From contig CANDBZ010000003.1 in the NCBI GenBank assembly GCA_947383095.1, positions 1 to 44,192 of the forward strand: DNA of 44,192 bases, read 5' to 3'. Below are positions 1-8,439 of the stretch, piece after piece. The notes beneath the pieces are model-generated. The model made no database searches. It worked only from the letters and a program-made list of their open reading frames with translations, and was not told the DNA's origin. Position numbers and translations under genes: made by a program. Numbering within the stretch: the first letter of the stretch is position 1; every line of letters begins with the position of its first letter. The DNA is from an uncultured Clostridia bacterium (GTDB lineage Bacteria > Bacillota > Clostridia > Christensenellales > CAG-917).

Positions 1-756
1 GGCATAGGCTGCCCGGGATCCGTTTACGATGAAAAAGGCGTAGTGCGATACGCCAGCAATCTAAATTTCAAAATTACGCCGATCGACGATATCATGAGAA
101 AACTGACGGGCATAGACAACGTCAGGACAAGCAACGACGCCAACTGCGCGGCGCTCGGCGAAACGCTGTTCGGCGCGGGCAACGGCGCGAAAAACAGCGT
201 GCTCGTCACCTTGGGCACGGGCGTAGGCACGGGCATCGTCGTAGACGGCAGGCTGCTCACGGGCAACCGCTCGGCAGGCGCGGAGGGCGGCCACATCGGC
301 GTTAATCTCGGCGGAGCGACTTGCGGCTGCGGAAAATGCGGACATTATGAAGCGTACGCGTCGGCTACCGCGCTTATGAAGCAGGTCGAAGCCGCTTGCG
401 AAAAGCATCCCGAAAGTGGCCTCGCTAAATATGCCGAGGAAAACGGAATTGACGGTAAAACCGTGTTTATATGTGCAAAAGACGGTGATAAAACCGCGAT
501 TGCGACATTAAAGCGATATATCAAATATGTCGGCACGGGGCTTGTGACGTTTGCGAATTTGTTTTTCCCCGAGGTCATCATCATCGGCGGAGGCATATCC
601 AACGCAGGCGACGATATAGTTAAGCCCCTTCAAAGATACGTGTCGCGAAATATTTACGGAGCGCAGTACAATCCGAAGATCAAAGTGGTTGCGGCAACGT
701 TGAAAAACGACGCGGGCATAATCGGCGCGGCGGCGCTTTGCATGGAAAAGCTTTGA
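1..756 (+). CDS. ROK family sugar kinase (glucokinase-like), 5'-truncated by the window edge
   Basis: Frame is open from base 1 (GIGCPG...). Contains NDANCAALGE, TLGTGVGTG, GAEGGH, CGCGKCGHYEAYAS and the C-terminal NDAGIIGAA ROK motifs. Confidence 0.9.
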   Translation, partial: GIGCPGSVYDEKGVVRYASNLNFKITPIDDIMRKLTGIDNVRTSNDANCAALGETLFGAGNGAKNSVLVTLGTGVGTGIVVDGRLLTGNRSAGAEGGHIGVNLGGATCGCGKCGHYEAYASATALMKQVEAACEKHPESGLAKYAEENGIDGKTVFICAKDGDKTAIATLKRYIKYVGTGLVTFANLFFPEVIIIGGGISNAGDDIVKPLQRYVSRNIYGAQYNPKIKVVAATLKNDAGIIGAAALCMEKL

Positions 757-760
757 ATTT

Positions 761-2524
761 ATGGATATTAAGGAAAAATTCGAACGTATTTTATCCGAGG
801 TGGAAAAGCCCGCCCGCTATTGCGGCGGAGAATGGAACACGCCCGACGTGAAGAAACCGCACAGGGCGGATATGTGCTTCTGCTTCCCCGAGCTTTACGA
901 GATAGGCATGAGCAATCTCGGCGTGCAAATACTTTACGACATTGTCAATAAGGACGACGACTTCGTCGCGGAAAGATGTTACGCGCCTGGGCTTGACCTC
1001 GCGGCGAAGCTCAAGGAGAATAATATCCCTTTGCTTTCGCTTGAGACGAGGAAGCCTCTCAAGGATTTTGCCGTGCTGGGATTTTCCATCGGCTTCGAGC
1101 TTTTGTATACCAACGTGCTTTATATGCTTGATCTGGCGGGCATACCGTTTTATGCCTCGCAGCGCGGAGAGGAATATCCCATACTGCTTGCCGGCGGTCC
1201 CTGCACCGTCAATCCGGAGCCCTTTGCGGATTTTTTCGACGTTATAGTATGCGGCGAGGGAGAAGAAGCGGATATTAATCTGCTCCGCGCCGTGGCGGAC
1301 GGGAAGGATAAGGGCTTAAGCAAGGCGGAGATACTTCAGCTTGTCAATGGAATGGAGGGAATATACGTCCCGTCTTTGCACAAGGACGGAGAGACGGTGA
1401 AGAAAGCCATTGTGCGCGATTTTGAAAATGCGTCCTTCCCCTCGCGCCCGCTTGTGCCCAATATCGAGGCGGTCCACGACAGAGCGGTCGTCGAGCTGTA
1501 CAGAGGCTGCGGCAGCGGTTGCAGATTTTGTCAGGCGGGCTTCTGGTACCGCCCCATACGCGAGCGCAGCGCACAGAGATGCGCGCGGCTCGGCATGGAT
1601 ATGATAAACAGCGCGGGCTTCGGCGAAATGTCGCTTTGCTCGCTGTCCACGGGCGACTATACTCATCTTGAAGAGCTTGAAAATATTCTCGTGCCTTTTT
1701 GCGACGAGAAGAGAGTCAATCTCGCGTTGCCGAGTCTGCGCATAAGCTCTTTTTCGTCGGATATGGTGAGGCAGTCGCGCAGAAGCTCGCTTACCTTTGC
1801 GCCGGAGGCGGGCACGCAGAGACTGCGCAACGTGATAAACAAAAACGTCACCGATGAGGAGATAGACAACCTTGCGGGCGCGTTTGAAGCGGGGTATGAC
1901 AGCATAAAGCTGTATTTCATGCTCGGCTTGCCCACGGAGACGGACGAGGATATAGCCGGCATTGCGGAGATCTGCAAGCGGCTCAAGGGGCTTTATTATC
2001 TGAAGAGGCACAAGAGAGGGCTCAATATTTCGGTGAGCTGCGCCGTGTTCATTCCAAAGCCGTGCACGCCTTTTCAATGGGAGGCGCAGATAAGCTTTGA
2101 AGAGATGCTGCGCAGGCAAAGCTACTTAAGAGGGCTTTTGCGCGAGATAAAAGGCGTGACGTTTTCCTGGCACGGGGCGGAGACCTCTGTATTGGAGGCG
2201 GCTCTTGCGCGGGGAGACAGACGGCAGAGCGCGGTTATCGAGCGGGCGTACAGACTCGGCGCAAGATTCGACGCATGGACGGAGCAATTTAAATGGGAGC
2301 TGTGGACGCAGGCTTTTGCGGATTGCGGGTTGAGCGTGGACGATTACATACGAGAGCGCGGAACGGACGAGGCGCTGCCTTGGGATTTTATCGATACCGG
2401 CGTGTCCAAAAAGTATCTGCTTAAGGAAAGAGCGCTTGGATATAAAGAAATCACGACTAAAAATTGCAGAGAGGGCTGCAACGCTTGCGGGGCAAATAAA
2501 TTCGGCAAATGCACGATTTATTGA
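761..2524 (+). CDS. B12-binding radical SAM protein, TIGR03960-like
   Basis: VEKPARYCGGE start, PELYEIGMSNLG, radical SAM motif RGCGSGCRFCQAG, FAPEAGTQRLR, C-terminal CREGCNACG. Confidence 0.9.
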   Translation: MDIKEKFERILSEVEKPARYCGGEWNTPDVKKPHRADMCFCFPELYEIGMSNLGVQILYDIVNKDDDFVAERCYAPGLDLAAKLKENNIPLLSLETRKPLKDFAVLGFSIGFELLYTNVLYMLDLAGIPFYASQRGEEYPILLAGGPCTVNPEPFADFFDVIVCGEGEEADINLLRAVADGKDKGLSKAEILQLVNGMEGIYVPSLHKDGETVKKAIVRDFENASFPSRPLVPNIEAVHDRAVVELYRGCGSGCRFCQAGFWYRPIRERSAQRCARLGMDMINSAGFGEMSLCSLSTGDYTHLEELENILVPFCDEKRVNLALPSLRISSFSSDMVRQSRRSSLTFAPEAGTQRLRNVINKNVTDEEIDNLAGAFEAGYDSIKLYFMLGLPTETDEDIAGIAEICKRLKGLYYLKRHKRGLNISVSCAVFIPKPCTPFQWEAQISFEEMLRRQSYLRGLLREIKGVTFSWHGAETSVLEAALARGDRRQSAVIERAYRLGARFDAWTEQFKWELWTQAFADCGLSVDDYIRERGTDEALPWDFIDTGVSKKYLLKERALGYKEITTKNCREGCNACGANKFGKCTIY

Positions 2525-2543
2525 AATCGCAGGCTGGAGACGG

Positions 2544-3188
2544 ATGAAGATGGTTGTTTTGAAGCACGTAAAACGGGATAGCGCATGTTTTATATCGCAC
2601 ATCGATATGTTGCGGCATGTGTCTCGCATTTTGAGAAGAGCGGGTATTCCCGTAAAGTTTTCTCAAGGCTTCAACCCGCACGCGCTCGTATTTTTCTCTC
2701 CGCCGCTTGCCGTGGGGGTGAGCTCCGATTCGGAATACCTTGCGATCGACACGGATATGCCCAAAGATGAAGTTATGGAGCGGTACAACCGCGCCGTGCC
2801 ATATACGATAAGTGCGGAAAAAGCTTTCGCATGTGAAAAAAATCCCAATTTACAGGCAAAAATCATTGCGGCGGATTATATTTTCGACGTAGCTTTCGCG
2901 CCGTTGGATTTTAGCGGCGGTTTCGAGATCGAGTATACGAAAAAGGGCGAGACGGTCAAGGAAAACGTATCAGATAGGATCATAAACGCGTTTGATGTCG
3001 ACGGGAAGCTTTGCATGCGGCTCGCAAACGGGAATTCGAGCTTGAGACCGGACAGGATCTTGGGCGAGCTCAACCGCAGGCTTGGCTCCGACCTTCGCGT
3101 GACCGATGTCAAAAAAATCGCGCAGTATGTCGACGATAGCGGCTTAACCGTCGCTGTCGACGAGTTTTTGACGGAATCGTCTAAATAA
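2544..3188 (+). CDS. Radical SAM-associated protein, TIGR03936/DUF2344-like
   Basis: FISHIDMLR and FSQGFNPH...PPLAVG motifs; usual position downstream of TIGR03960. Start moved to ATG 2544 behind GGAG. Confidence 0.85.
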   Translation: MKMVVLKHVKRDSACFISHIDMLRHVSRILRRAGIPVKFSQGFNPHALVFFSPPLAVGVSSDSEYLAIDTDMPKDEVMERYNRAVPYTISAEKAFACEKNPNLQAKIIAADYIFDVAFAPLDFSGGFEIEYTKKGETVKENVSDRIINAFDVDGKLCMRLANGNSSLRPDRILGELNRRLGSDLRVTDVKKIAQYVDDSGLTVAVDEFLTESSK

Positions 3189-3204
3189 ATTTTCAGAGGA
3201 TAAA

Positions 3205-4692
3205 GTGAAGCAACTCATTTTGGACCACACTCCATACTGTACGCGCGCCGCGCTTGTCGAGAACGGCGAAATGATAGAGTTCTCCGTTGAAATGACGAGC
3301 GTACGCGGCATCGTGGGCAATATTTACAAGGGGAAAGTCGAAAACGTCCTGGGGGGCATGAAGGCGGCTTTCGTCAATATCGGGCTGGAGCGCAACGGCT
3401 TTTTGTACGTGGGCGAATCGCTTGTCGACAAAAACAGGCTGCACAGCGTCATGCCGAAGCCCAATACGAAGCTGTCTTCCGGCGACGTGATAATGTGTCA
3501 GGTCGTCAAGGACCAATTCGGGCAGAAGGGCGCGAGGCTTACCACGGATATCACGCTTGCGGGATATTATCTCGTATATCTGCCCAATTCCGAATTTATA
3601 GGCGTATCGAGAAAGATCGAAAACGACAAGCGCAGAGAGTATCTCGAGCAGCTTGTCAAGTCCGTCTGTCCGAGGGGAGGCGGATTTATAATACGTTCCG
3701 CGGCGGAGAAGGCGGGCGACGAGGACATTTTCAAGGACGCGGCGCAGCTTATCTCTTTGTGGGGAAAGGTGCAAGAGGATTTTGCGCGCGCGCCCGAAAA
3801 GAGCATGGTCTTTGAGGAAGCGTCGCTTTTTGAAAGAGCCCTGCGTGACACGTTCAGCGAGGATGTCGATAAAATAGTCGTGAACGACGCGGATATCGCC
3901 GCGCAGCTTGCGGGACGCGTAGGAAACGCGCAGGTGGAAGCATACGGCGGCGAGCGCAACATTATGGCGCATTTCGGCTTGAGCGCGCAGATAAACCATT
4001 TGTGCGACCACAAGGTGCAGATGTCAAACGGCGCGTATATCGTGATAGACAAGACGGAAGCTTGCACGGTCATCGACGTCAATACGGGCAAATTCGTGGG
4101 CACGAGAGATCTGGAAGATACGGTGTTTAAGACGAATATGGCGGCGGTAGAGTGCATATCGAGGCAGCTGCGCATAAGAAACATAAGCGGTATCGTGGTG
4201 ATAGACTTCATCGATATGATGCTCGAGGAGCACAGGAACGCAGTAGTCGAGGCGTTGAGAGAGGCTTTGAAGCACGACAGGCTCAAGACCACTACAGTGG
4301 GCATGACTCCGCTGGGATTGGTGGAGCTCACGCGCAAAAAGACAAGGTTGCCCATCGACGATTTTATGCTGCAGCCGTGCAAGGATTGCGAGGGAGGCTT
4401 TGTCGTGAGCGACGCGCAGCTTGCGTTCATGCTGCGCGACGAGCTTGTGGATTTTATGATAGCGCACCGGTGCGACACCGCGTACGTCGGCGTATATCCC
4501 GCGCTTTACGACATGATCCTGCAAAGCGGGATATTGCTCAAGCATATTTCTACGGTGTGGGCGGACAAGCGGATTTATCTGTATAGCGACGGCGACGTGT
4601 GCCGCGACAGGTTTGTTCTCAACGAAAATAAGCCGCTCGATTTGCCTGAAAACGCAATTTGCATCACGCGCGTCGACGATCCCTCCAAATAA
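3205..4692 (+). CDS. Rne/Rng family ribonuclease (RNase E/G)
   Basis: GNIYKGKVENV S1 region, AAFVNIG, IDVNTGKF, IVVIDFIDM, GLVELTRK, PCxxCxG. Confidence 0.92.
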   Translation: MKQLILDHTPYCTRAALVENGEMIEFSVEMTSVRGIVGNIYKGKVENVLGGMKAAFVNIGLERNGFLYVGESLVDKNRLHSVMPKPNTKLSSGDVIMCQVVKDQFGQKGARLTTDITLAGYYLVYLPNSEFIGVSRKIENDKRREYLEQLVKSVCPRGGGFIIRSAAEKAGDEDIFKDAAQLISLWGKVQEDFARAPEKSMVFEEASLFERALRDTFSEDVDKIVVNDADIAAQLAGRVGNAQVEAYGGERNIMAHFGLSAQINHLCDHKVQMSNGAYIVIDKTEACTVIDVNTGKFVGTRDLEDTVFKTNMAAVECISRQLRIRNISGIVVIDFIDMMLEEHRNAVVEALREALKHDRLKTTTVGMTPLGLVELTRKKTRLPIDDFMLQPCKDCEGGFVVSDAQLAFMLRDELVDFMIAHRCDTAYVGVYPALYDMILQSGILLKHISTVWADKRIYLYSDGDVCRDRFVLNENKPLDLPENAICITRVDDPSK

Positions 4693-4798
4693 ACAGACCG
4701 AGACGTTTTCGGGACATGAAGTGTGATGTAATATGTTTGCGACGGTGCATGTTGCATAAACCGCGCGTTTGTGATAAAATGAAAAGAAGGAAAAAATT

Positions 4799-5776
4799 AT
4801 GAAAGCTTGGCATATCGGGAATTTAAATGAAATCACCCTCGAAGAAGGCACGCTTGCGCCGCGCGAGGGCGAGATAAAAGTCAAAGTTGCAAAAGTGGCG
4901 CTGTCGTCCACGGATATGTCCTGTTTTGCGGACAGAGACAATACCGCGGTGGAGGTGCCGGGTCATGCGGCCATCGCGTACGTGTCTGATGAAAACGAGG
5001 AGCACGGCTTTATGCTGGGCTCGCGCGTGGTCATAAATCCGTTTGTCAAGACGCAGGAGCACGGAGAGGCCGTCGTCAAAACCATGGGCGTAGACATGAA
5101 CGGGCTTATGCAGGATTTCGTGTGCGTGCCCATAGAAAACGTGTTCCCCTTGCCCGACGGCATAGCGGACGACGAAGCGGTCTTTGCGGAGCATATCGCG
5201 ATGGGAAACAAGGTGTTTTCCGCTTTGCCCTGCGAAGAGGGCGACTATGTGGTGATCGTGGGCGCGGGGACGCTCGGACTTGTGCTTTGCCAGCTTGCGA
5301 CGTACTATCAGATGGTGCCGATACTCGTTGATCTGGACGCGGATAAGCTCGAGCTCGCTAAAAAGTGGGACGTGTATTATACGCTCAATCCCACTTACGA
5401 CAATCTCGAGCGCAAGGTTCAGGAGATAACGGGCGGCAGAATGTGCGAATCGGCTGTGTTTACGTCGGAGGGCGTAGGGCTGAACGCCGCGTTGCGGCTT
5501 GTCAAAAACGGCAGCGAGGTCGTGATAGCGGGGCATGCCGCGTATGAGAAGCATCAGGTGGATATGAATATTATCCTGAAAAAACAACTGAAAGTCAAAG
5601 GCGTTTGCAACGGCGCGGGCGAGATGCCTTCTGCGATAAACCTGCTTGCAAACAGCATAGTGCACACGGACGGGATCATCACCGAGCGCGCGGACTTTGA
5701 CAAGATGCCGTCCATTTTCGAGGAATGCGTAAAGTATCCTTATAAATACAACACGGTGCTTTTCATGATCGATTGA
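4799..5776 (+). CDS. Medium-chain (zinc-type) dehydrogenase-like protein with degenerate zinc sites
   Basis: GroES-like N-terminus and Rossmann GAGTLG. The usual catalytic Cys and GHE appear as ALSSTD and GHA; the 4-Cys lobe is absent. Confidence 0.8.
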   Translation: MKAWHIGNLNEITLEEGTLAPREGEIKVKVAKVALSSTDMSCFADRDNTAVEVPGHAAIAYVSDENEEHGFMLGSRVVINPFVKTQEHGEAVVKTMGVDMNGLMQDFVCVPIENVFPLPDGIADDEAVFAEHIAMGNKVFSALPCEEGDYVVIVGAGTLGLVLCQLATYYQMVPILVDLDADKLELAKKWDVYYTLNPTYDNLERKVQEITGGRMCESAVFTSEGVGLNAALRLVKNGSEVVIAGHAAYEKHQVDMNIILKKQLKVKGVCNGAGEMPSAINLLANSIVHTDGIITERADFDKMPSIFEECVKYPYKYNTVLFMID

Positions 5777-5787
5777 AGGACTTCAAA

Positions 5788-6555
5788 TCATTTGCAAACA
5801 ACATTGCGCAAAAACGCCAGAGTGAGATATACAGTCGACGTTTGTTGCGCTTTTTGTATGTCGTTAAGCTCGCCGCCTTTGCCGAAGCCGTTTGAAGTCG
5901 AGTTCGTTAACGTGAATGCCGAAAGAGTTTTCTTATTGACGTGCGAAAGCGCCTTTTGTTTAAATTCCTCCGTGCGCAACGGGTCGTCCGTTTCAAGCAA
6001 AAGGGTCGGGAGATAAAGCGACGCGATGCTGTCCTCGATTTTCATAACGTTGCCGTCTTCGTCAAGGATATATTTGCCGTTTTCGTCCGTCACCATGCGT
6101 TCGACGCAAATAGGCGCGTAAAGCGCGACCCCCGCGATTTTCGAAGGATCTTCTTGAGCGCGGCGTATGGCGGCGCCTCCGCCTTGATCATGTCCGCATA
6201 TGAAAAATTTCACATCGGGGTATTGCGTAAAAGCGTCTTCTTTTGGCTTGTAGTCGGAATACGACATATTGCCGTCGAATTTGGGTATCACGACGAGATA
6301 ACCCTGCCTTGCCAGGGCTTTGCCTAAATAAGCGTAATTTTGCGGCGGCAGCATAGTGCCCACATAAAAAACGACGCCGTAGGAATAGCCGAAATCCTTC
6401 GGCTCGAATATCAAAGAGGCCTCGCCGTCTATAACTTCTACTTCGAAGCTGTTGTCGCGCGCATAAGGACTTTTGTCGCACGCACAAAAGCATATTGCGC
6501 ACAGCGCGCACATCACAAGACACATAATTGTCTTTTTCGGCGATATTTTTTGCAT
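5788..6555 (-). CDS. Alpha/beta hydrolase-fold lipoprotein with atypical nucleophile elbow (GHDQGG)
   Basis: Signal peptide ending in the lipobox FCAC. GVVFYVG...YAYLGKALARQGYLVVIPK resembles Abhydrolase_5 proteins. Confidence 0.75.
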   Translation of the reverse strand: MQKISPKKTIMCLVMCALCAICFCACDKSPYARDNSFEVEVIDGEASLIFEPKDFGYSYGVVFYVGTMLPPQNYAYLGKALARQGYLVVIPKFDGNMSYSDYKPKEDAFTQYPDVKFFICGHDQGGGAAIRRAQEDPSKIAGVALYAPICVERMVTDENGKYILDEDGNVMKIEDSIASLYLPTLLLETDDPLRTEEFKQKALSHVNKKTLSAFTLTNSTSNGFGKGGELNDIQKAQQTSTVYLTLAFLRNVVCK

Positions 6556-6631
6556 TTGATATGTCCTTTTGCGCCTTTTTGAATATTATATCATATAATA
6601 AAAAGATTTCTATAGCCAATTTCAAAATCTG

Positions 6632-6640
6632 TGCTATTAT
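6632..6640 (+). promoter_or_regulatory. Extended -10 element (TG-c-TATTAT) 6 nt before the decarboxylase ATG; candidate leaderless promoter
   Basis: tgctattat-taaatt-ATG with no Shine-Dalgarno sequence. Confidence 0.5.
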
Positions 6641-6646
6641 TAAATT

Positions 6647-8122
6647 ATGAGAAAAAAAGAGGATTATTTTTATAAAGGCAAAATAGGCTTCGATCCGAAA
6701 AAGCAGGACGAGAGGTCTTTGGCGACGCTTTTGCGCGAACACGACGTGGACGGGTATATACCTTTTCATATGCCGGGGCACAAGCGAAATAAGGTTTATG
6801 AATATTTGAATTATCTGCAAAGCCTCGATATCACGGAAATAGACGGCTTTGACAATTTGCACAGTCCTACGGGAGTTCTGTTTGACGCGCAAGTGCGCGC
6901 GGCAAGGATTTTCGGCGCGAAGGAGAGCAGGTTTTTGACCTGCGGCAGCACGGTAGGGGTGCTGGCTTGCATACGCGCTATGACCAATGCGGGCGACGCC
7001 GTGCTTATTGCGAGAAATTGCCACAGAAGCGTATACAATGCGGTCGAGGTCTGCGGTCTGCGTCCTTTTTACGTTTCTCCGACATATTTTGAAGAATACG
7101 GCTTTTACGGGTCGGTGATGCCGGAAGACGTTGATAAGGCGTTGAGTCAAAATCCCGAAATAACGCTTGTCGTGGTGACAAGCCCCACGTATGAAGGGGT
7201 GATTTCAGATATAAAATCCATATCCGCGGTGTGCAAGGCTCACGGCGCCGCTTTGTTTGTGGACGAGGCTCACGGCGCGCATTTGGGGCTTAACAGGCGT
7301 TTTGAAAAGAGCGCGCGCAGTCTGGGAGCGGACGCAGTAGTGAACAGTCTTCACAAGACGCTGCCATGTCTCACGCAAACCGCGGTTTTGCACGTGTGCT
7401 CGGACAAGGTCGACGTAGCAAAGCTGGATAAAAATCTTGCGGTGTTTCAGACAAGCTCGCCGTCTTACGTTCTTATGGCGTCAATAGACGGCTTTGTGAG
7501 ACGCCTCGAGAGCACCGGCCGCGAGGAGTTGGAAATGTGGACGGATATGCTCGAGAAATTTCGCCGCAGCATAGCCAGATGCAAAAAGGTGAGATTGTTC
7601 GACGCGGGCAGCGACGGCAGAGTGTTTGCCTACGACAAGACCAAGCTTGTGTTTCTCACCGTCGACAGCGCTATGAGCGGCATAGAGCTGGCAAGAGATC
7701 TGCGCAACGATTATAAGCTGGAGTTTGAAATGTCAAGCGTCAATTACGCGCTGGCGATGACGGGGGCGGGGGACAGATTCAGCGCGTTTCTCGCTCTGTC
7801 GGAAGCCATATACGAGATCGATTGCAACGCAAAGGAAAGATACGGGCTTGTGAATATAAGCAACTTCGATTTGCCAAAAAAGGCATTTGAACCTCACCAA
7901 ATCGACGGTTTAAACGTCGAAACAGTCAATATTGACGAAAGCGTGGGAAGAGTTTGCGCGGAGAGCGTATGGGCGTATCCTCCGGGCAGTCCCTTGATAT
8001 GCAAAGGCGAGGTGATAGACCAAGACTTTGTCAAGCACGCGCTTTATCTTTATGAATGCGGCGTGAACGTGCAGAGCGAAAACAGAGAGTTTCCCAACCG
8101 CATATGCGTCGTCGCGCAATAG
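6647..8122 (+). CDS. Arginine/lysine/ornithine decarboxylase (PLP-dependent, fold type I)
   Basis: FHMPGHK, DITEIDGFDNLH, RNCHRS, SPTYEG, VDEAHGAH, PLP-lysine motif SLHKTLP, YPPG. Confidence 0.9.
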   Translation: MRKKEDYFYKGKIGFDPKKQDERSLATLLREHDVDGYIPFHMPGHKRNKVYEYLNYLQSLDITEIDGFDNLHSPTGVLFDAQVRAARIFGAKESRFLTCGSTVGVLACIRAMTNAGDAVLIARNCHRSVYNAVEVCGLRPFYVSPTYFEEYGFYGSVMPEDVDKALSQNPEITLVVVTSPTYEGVISDIKSISAVCKAHGAALFVDEAHGAHLGLNRRFEKSARSLGADAVVNSLHKTLPCLTQTAVLHVCSDKVDVAKLDKNLAVFQTSSPSYVLMASIDGFVRRLESTGREELEMWTDMLEKFRRSIARCKKVRLFDAGSDGRVFAYDKTKLVFLTVDSAMSGIELARDLRNDYKLEFEMSSVNYALAMTGAGDRFSAFLALSEAIYEIDCNAKERYGLVNISNFDLPKKAFEPHQIDGLNVETVNIDESVGRVCAESVWAYPPGSPLICKGEVIDQDFVKHALYLYECGVNVQSENREFPNRICVVAQ

Positions 8123-8150
8123 ACGGCGAAATATAATATATACGCACGGC

Positions 8151-8179
8151 TTGACAAAATACGCGCGTAAATATATAAT
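8151..8179 (+). promoter_or_regulatory. Sigma-A promoter of the SCIFF locus
   Basis: Perfect TTGACA-17 bp-TATAAT. Confidence 0.8.
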
Positions 8180-8215
8180 TGTCACTGATAAAAGAAACAG
8201 TTTAAGGAGTATAAT

Positions 8216-8362
8216 ATGAAAAGAATCGTCACTTTGAAAACTCGCAATCTCAACGAAAGCAAGAAAAACGGCGGCTGCGGCGAGTGCCAAACGTCCTGCC
8301 AATCCGCATGCAAGACCTCTTGCGGCGTTGCAAACCAAAAATGCGAGAAAGCAGCAAAATAA
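8216..8362 (+). CDS. scfA: SCIFF (six-cysteine) ranthipeptide precursor, 48 aa
   Basis: Hand translation MKRIVTLKTRNLNESKKNGGCGECQTSCQSACKTSCGVANQKCEKAAK contains the SCIFF core GGCGECQTSCQSACKTSC. RBS AAGGAG; directly upstream of the maturase. Not in the ORF track. Confidence 0.97.
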   Translation: MKRIVTLKTRNLNESKKNGGCGECQTSCQSACKTSCGVANQKCEKAAK

Positions 8363-8387
8363 TTTTACTTTAAGCTAAAACGAAAGC

Positions 8388-8413
8388 CGCCTATCGTAGG
8401 ATAGGCGTTTTTT
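8388..8413 (+). terminator. Hairpin plus U-tract between scfA and scfB
   Basis: CGCCTATC-gtag-GATAGGCG followed by TTTTTT. Confidence 0.7.
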
Positions 8414-8439
8414 GTGGTTTTGATTTCGGAAAAGATATT

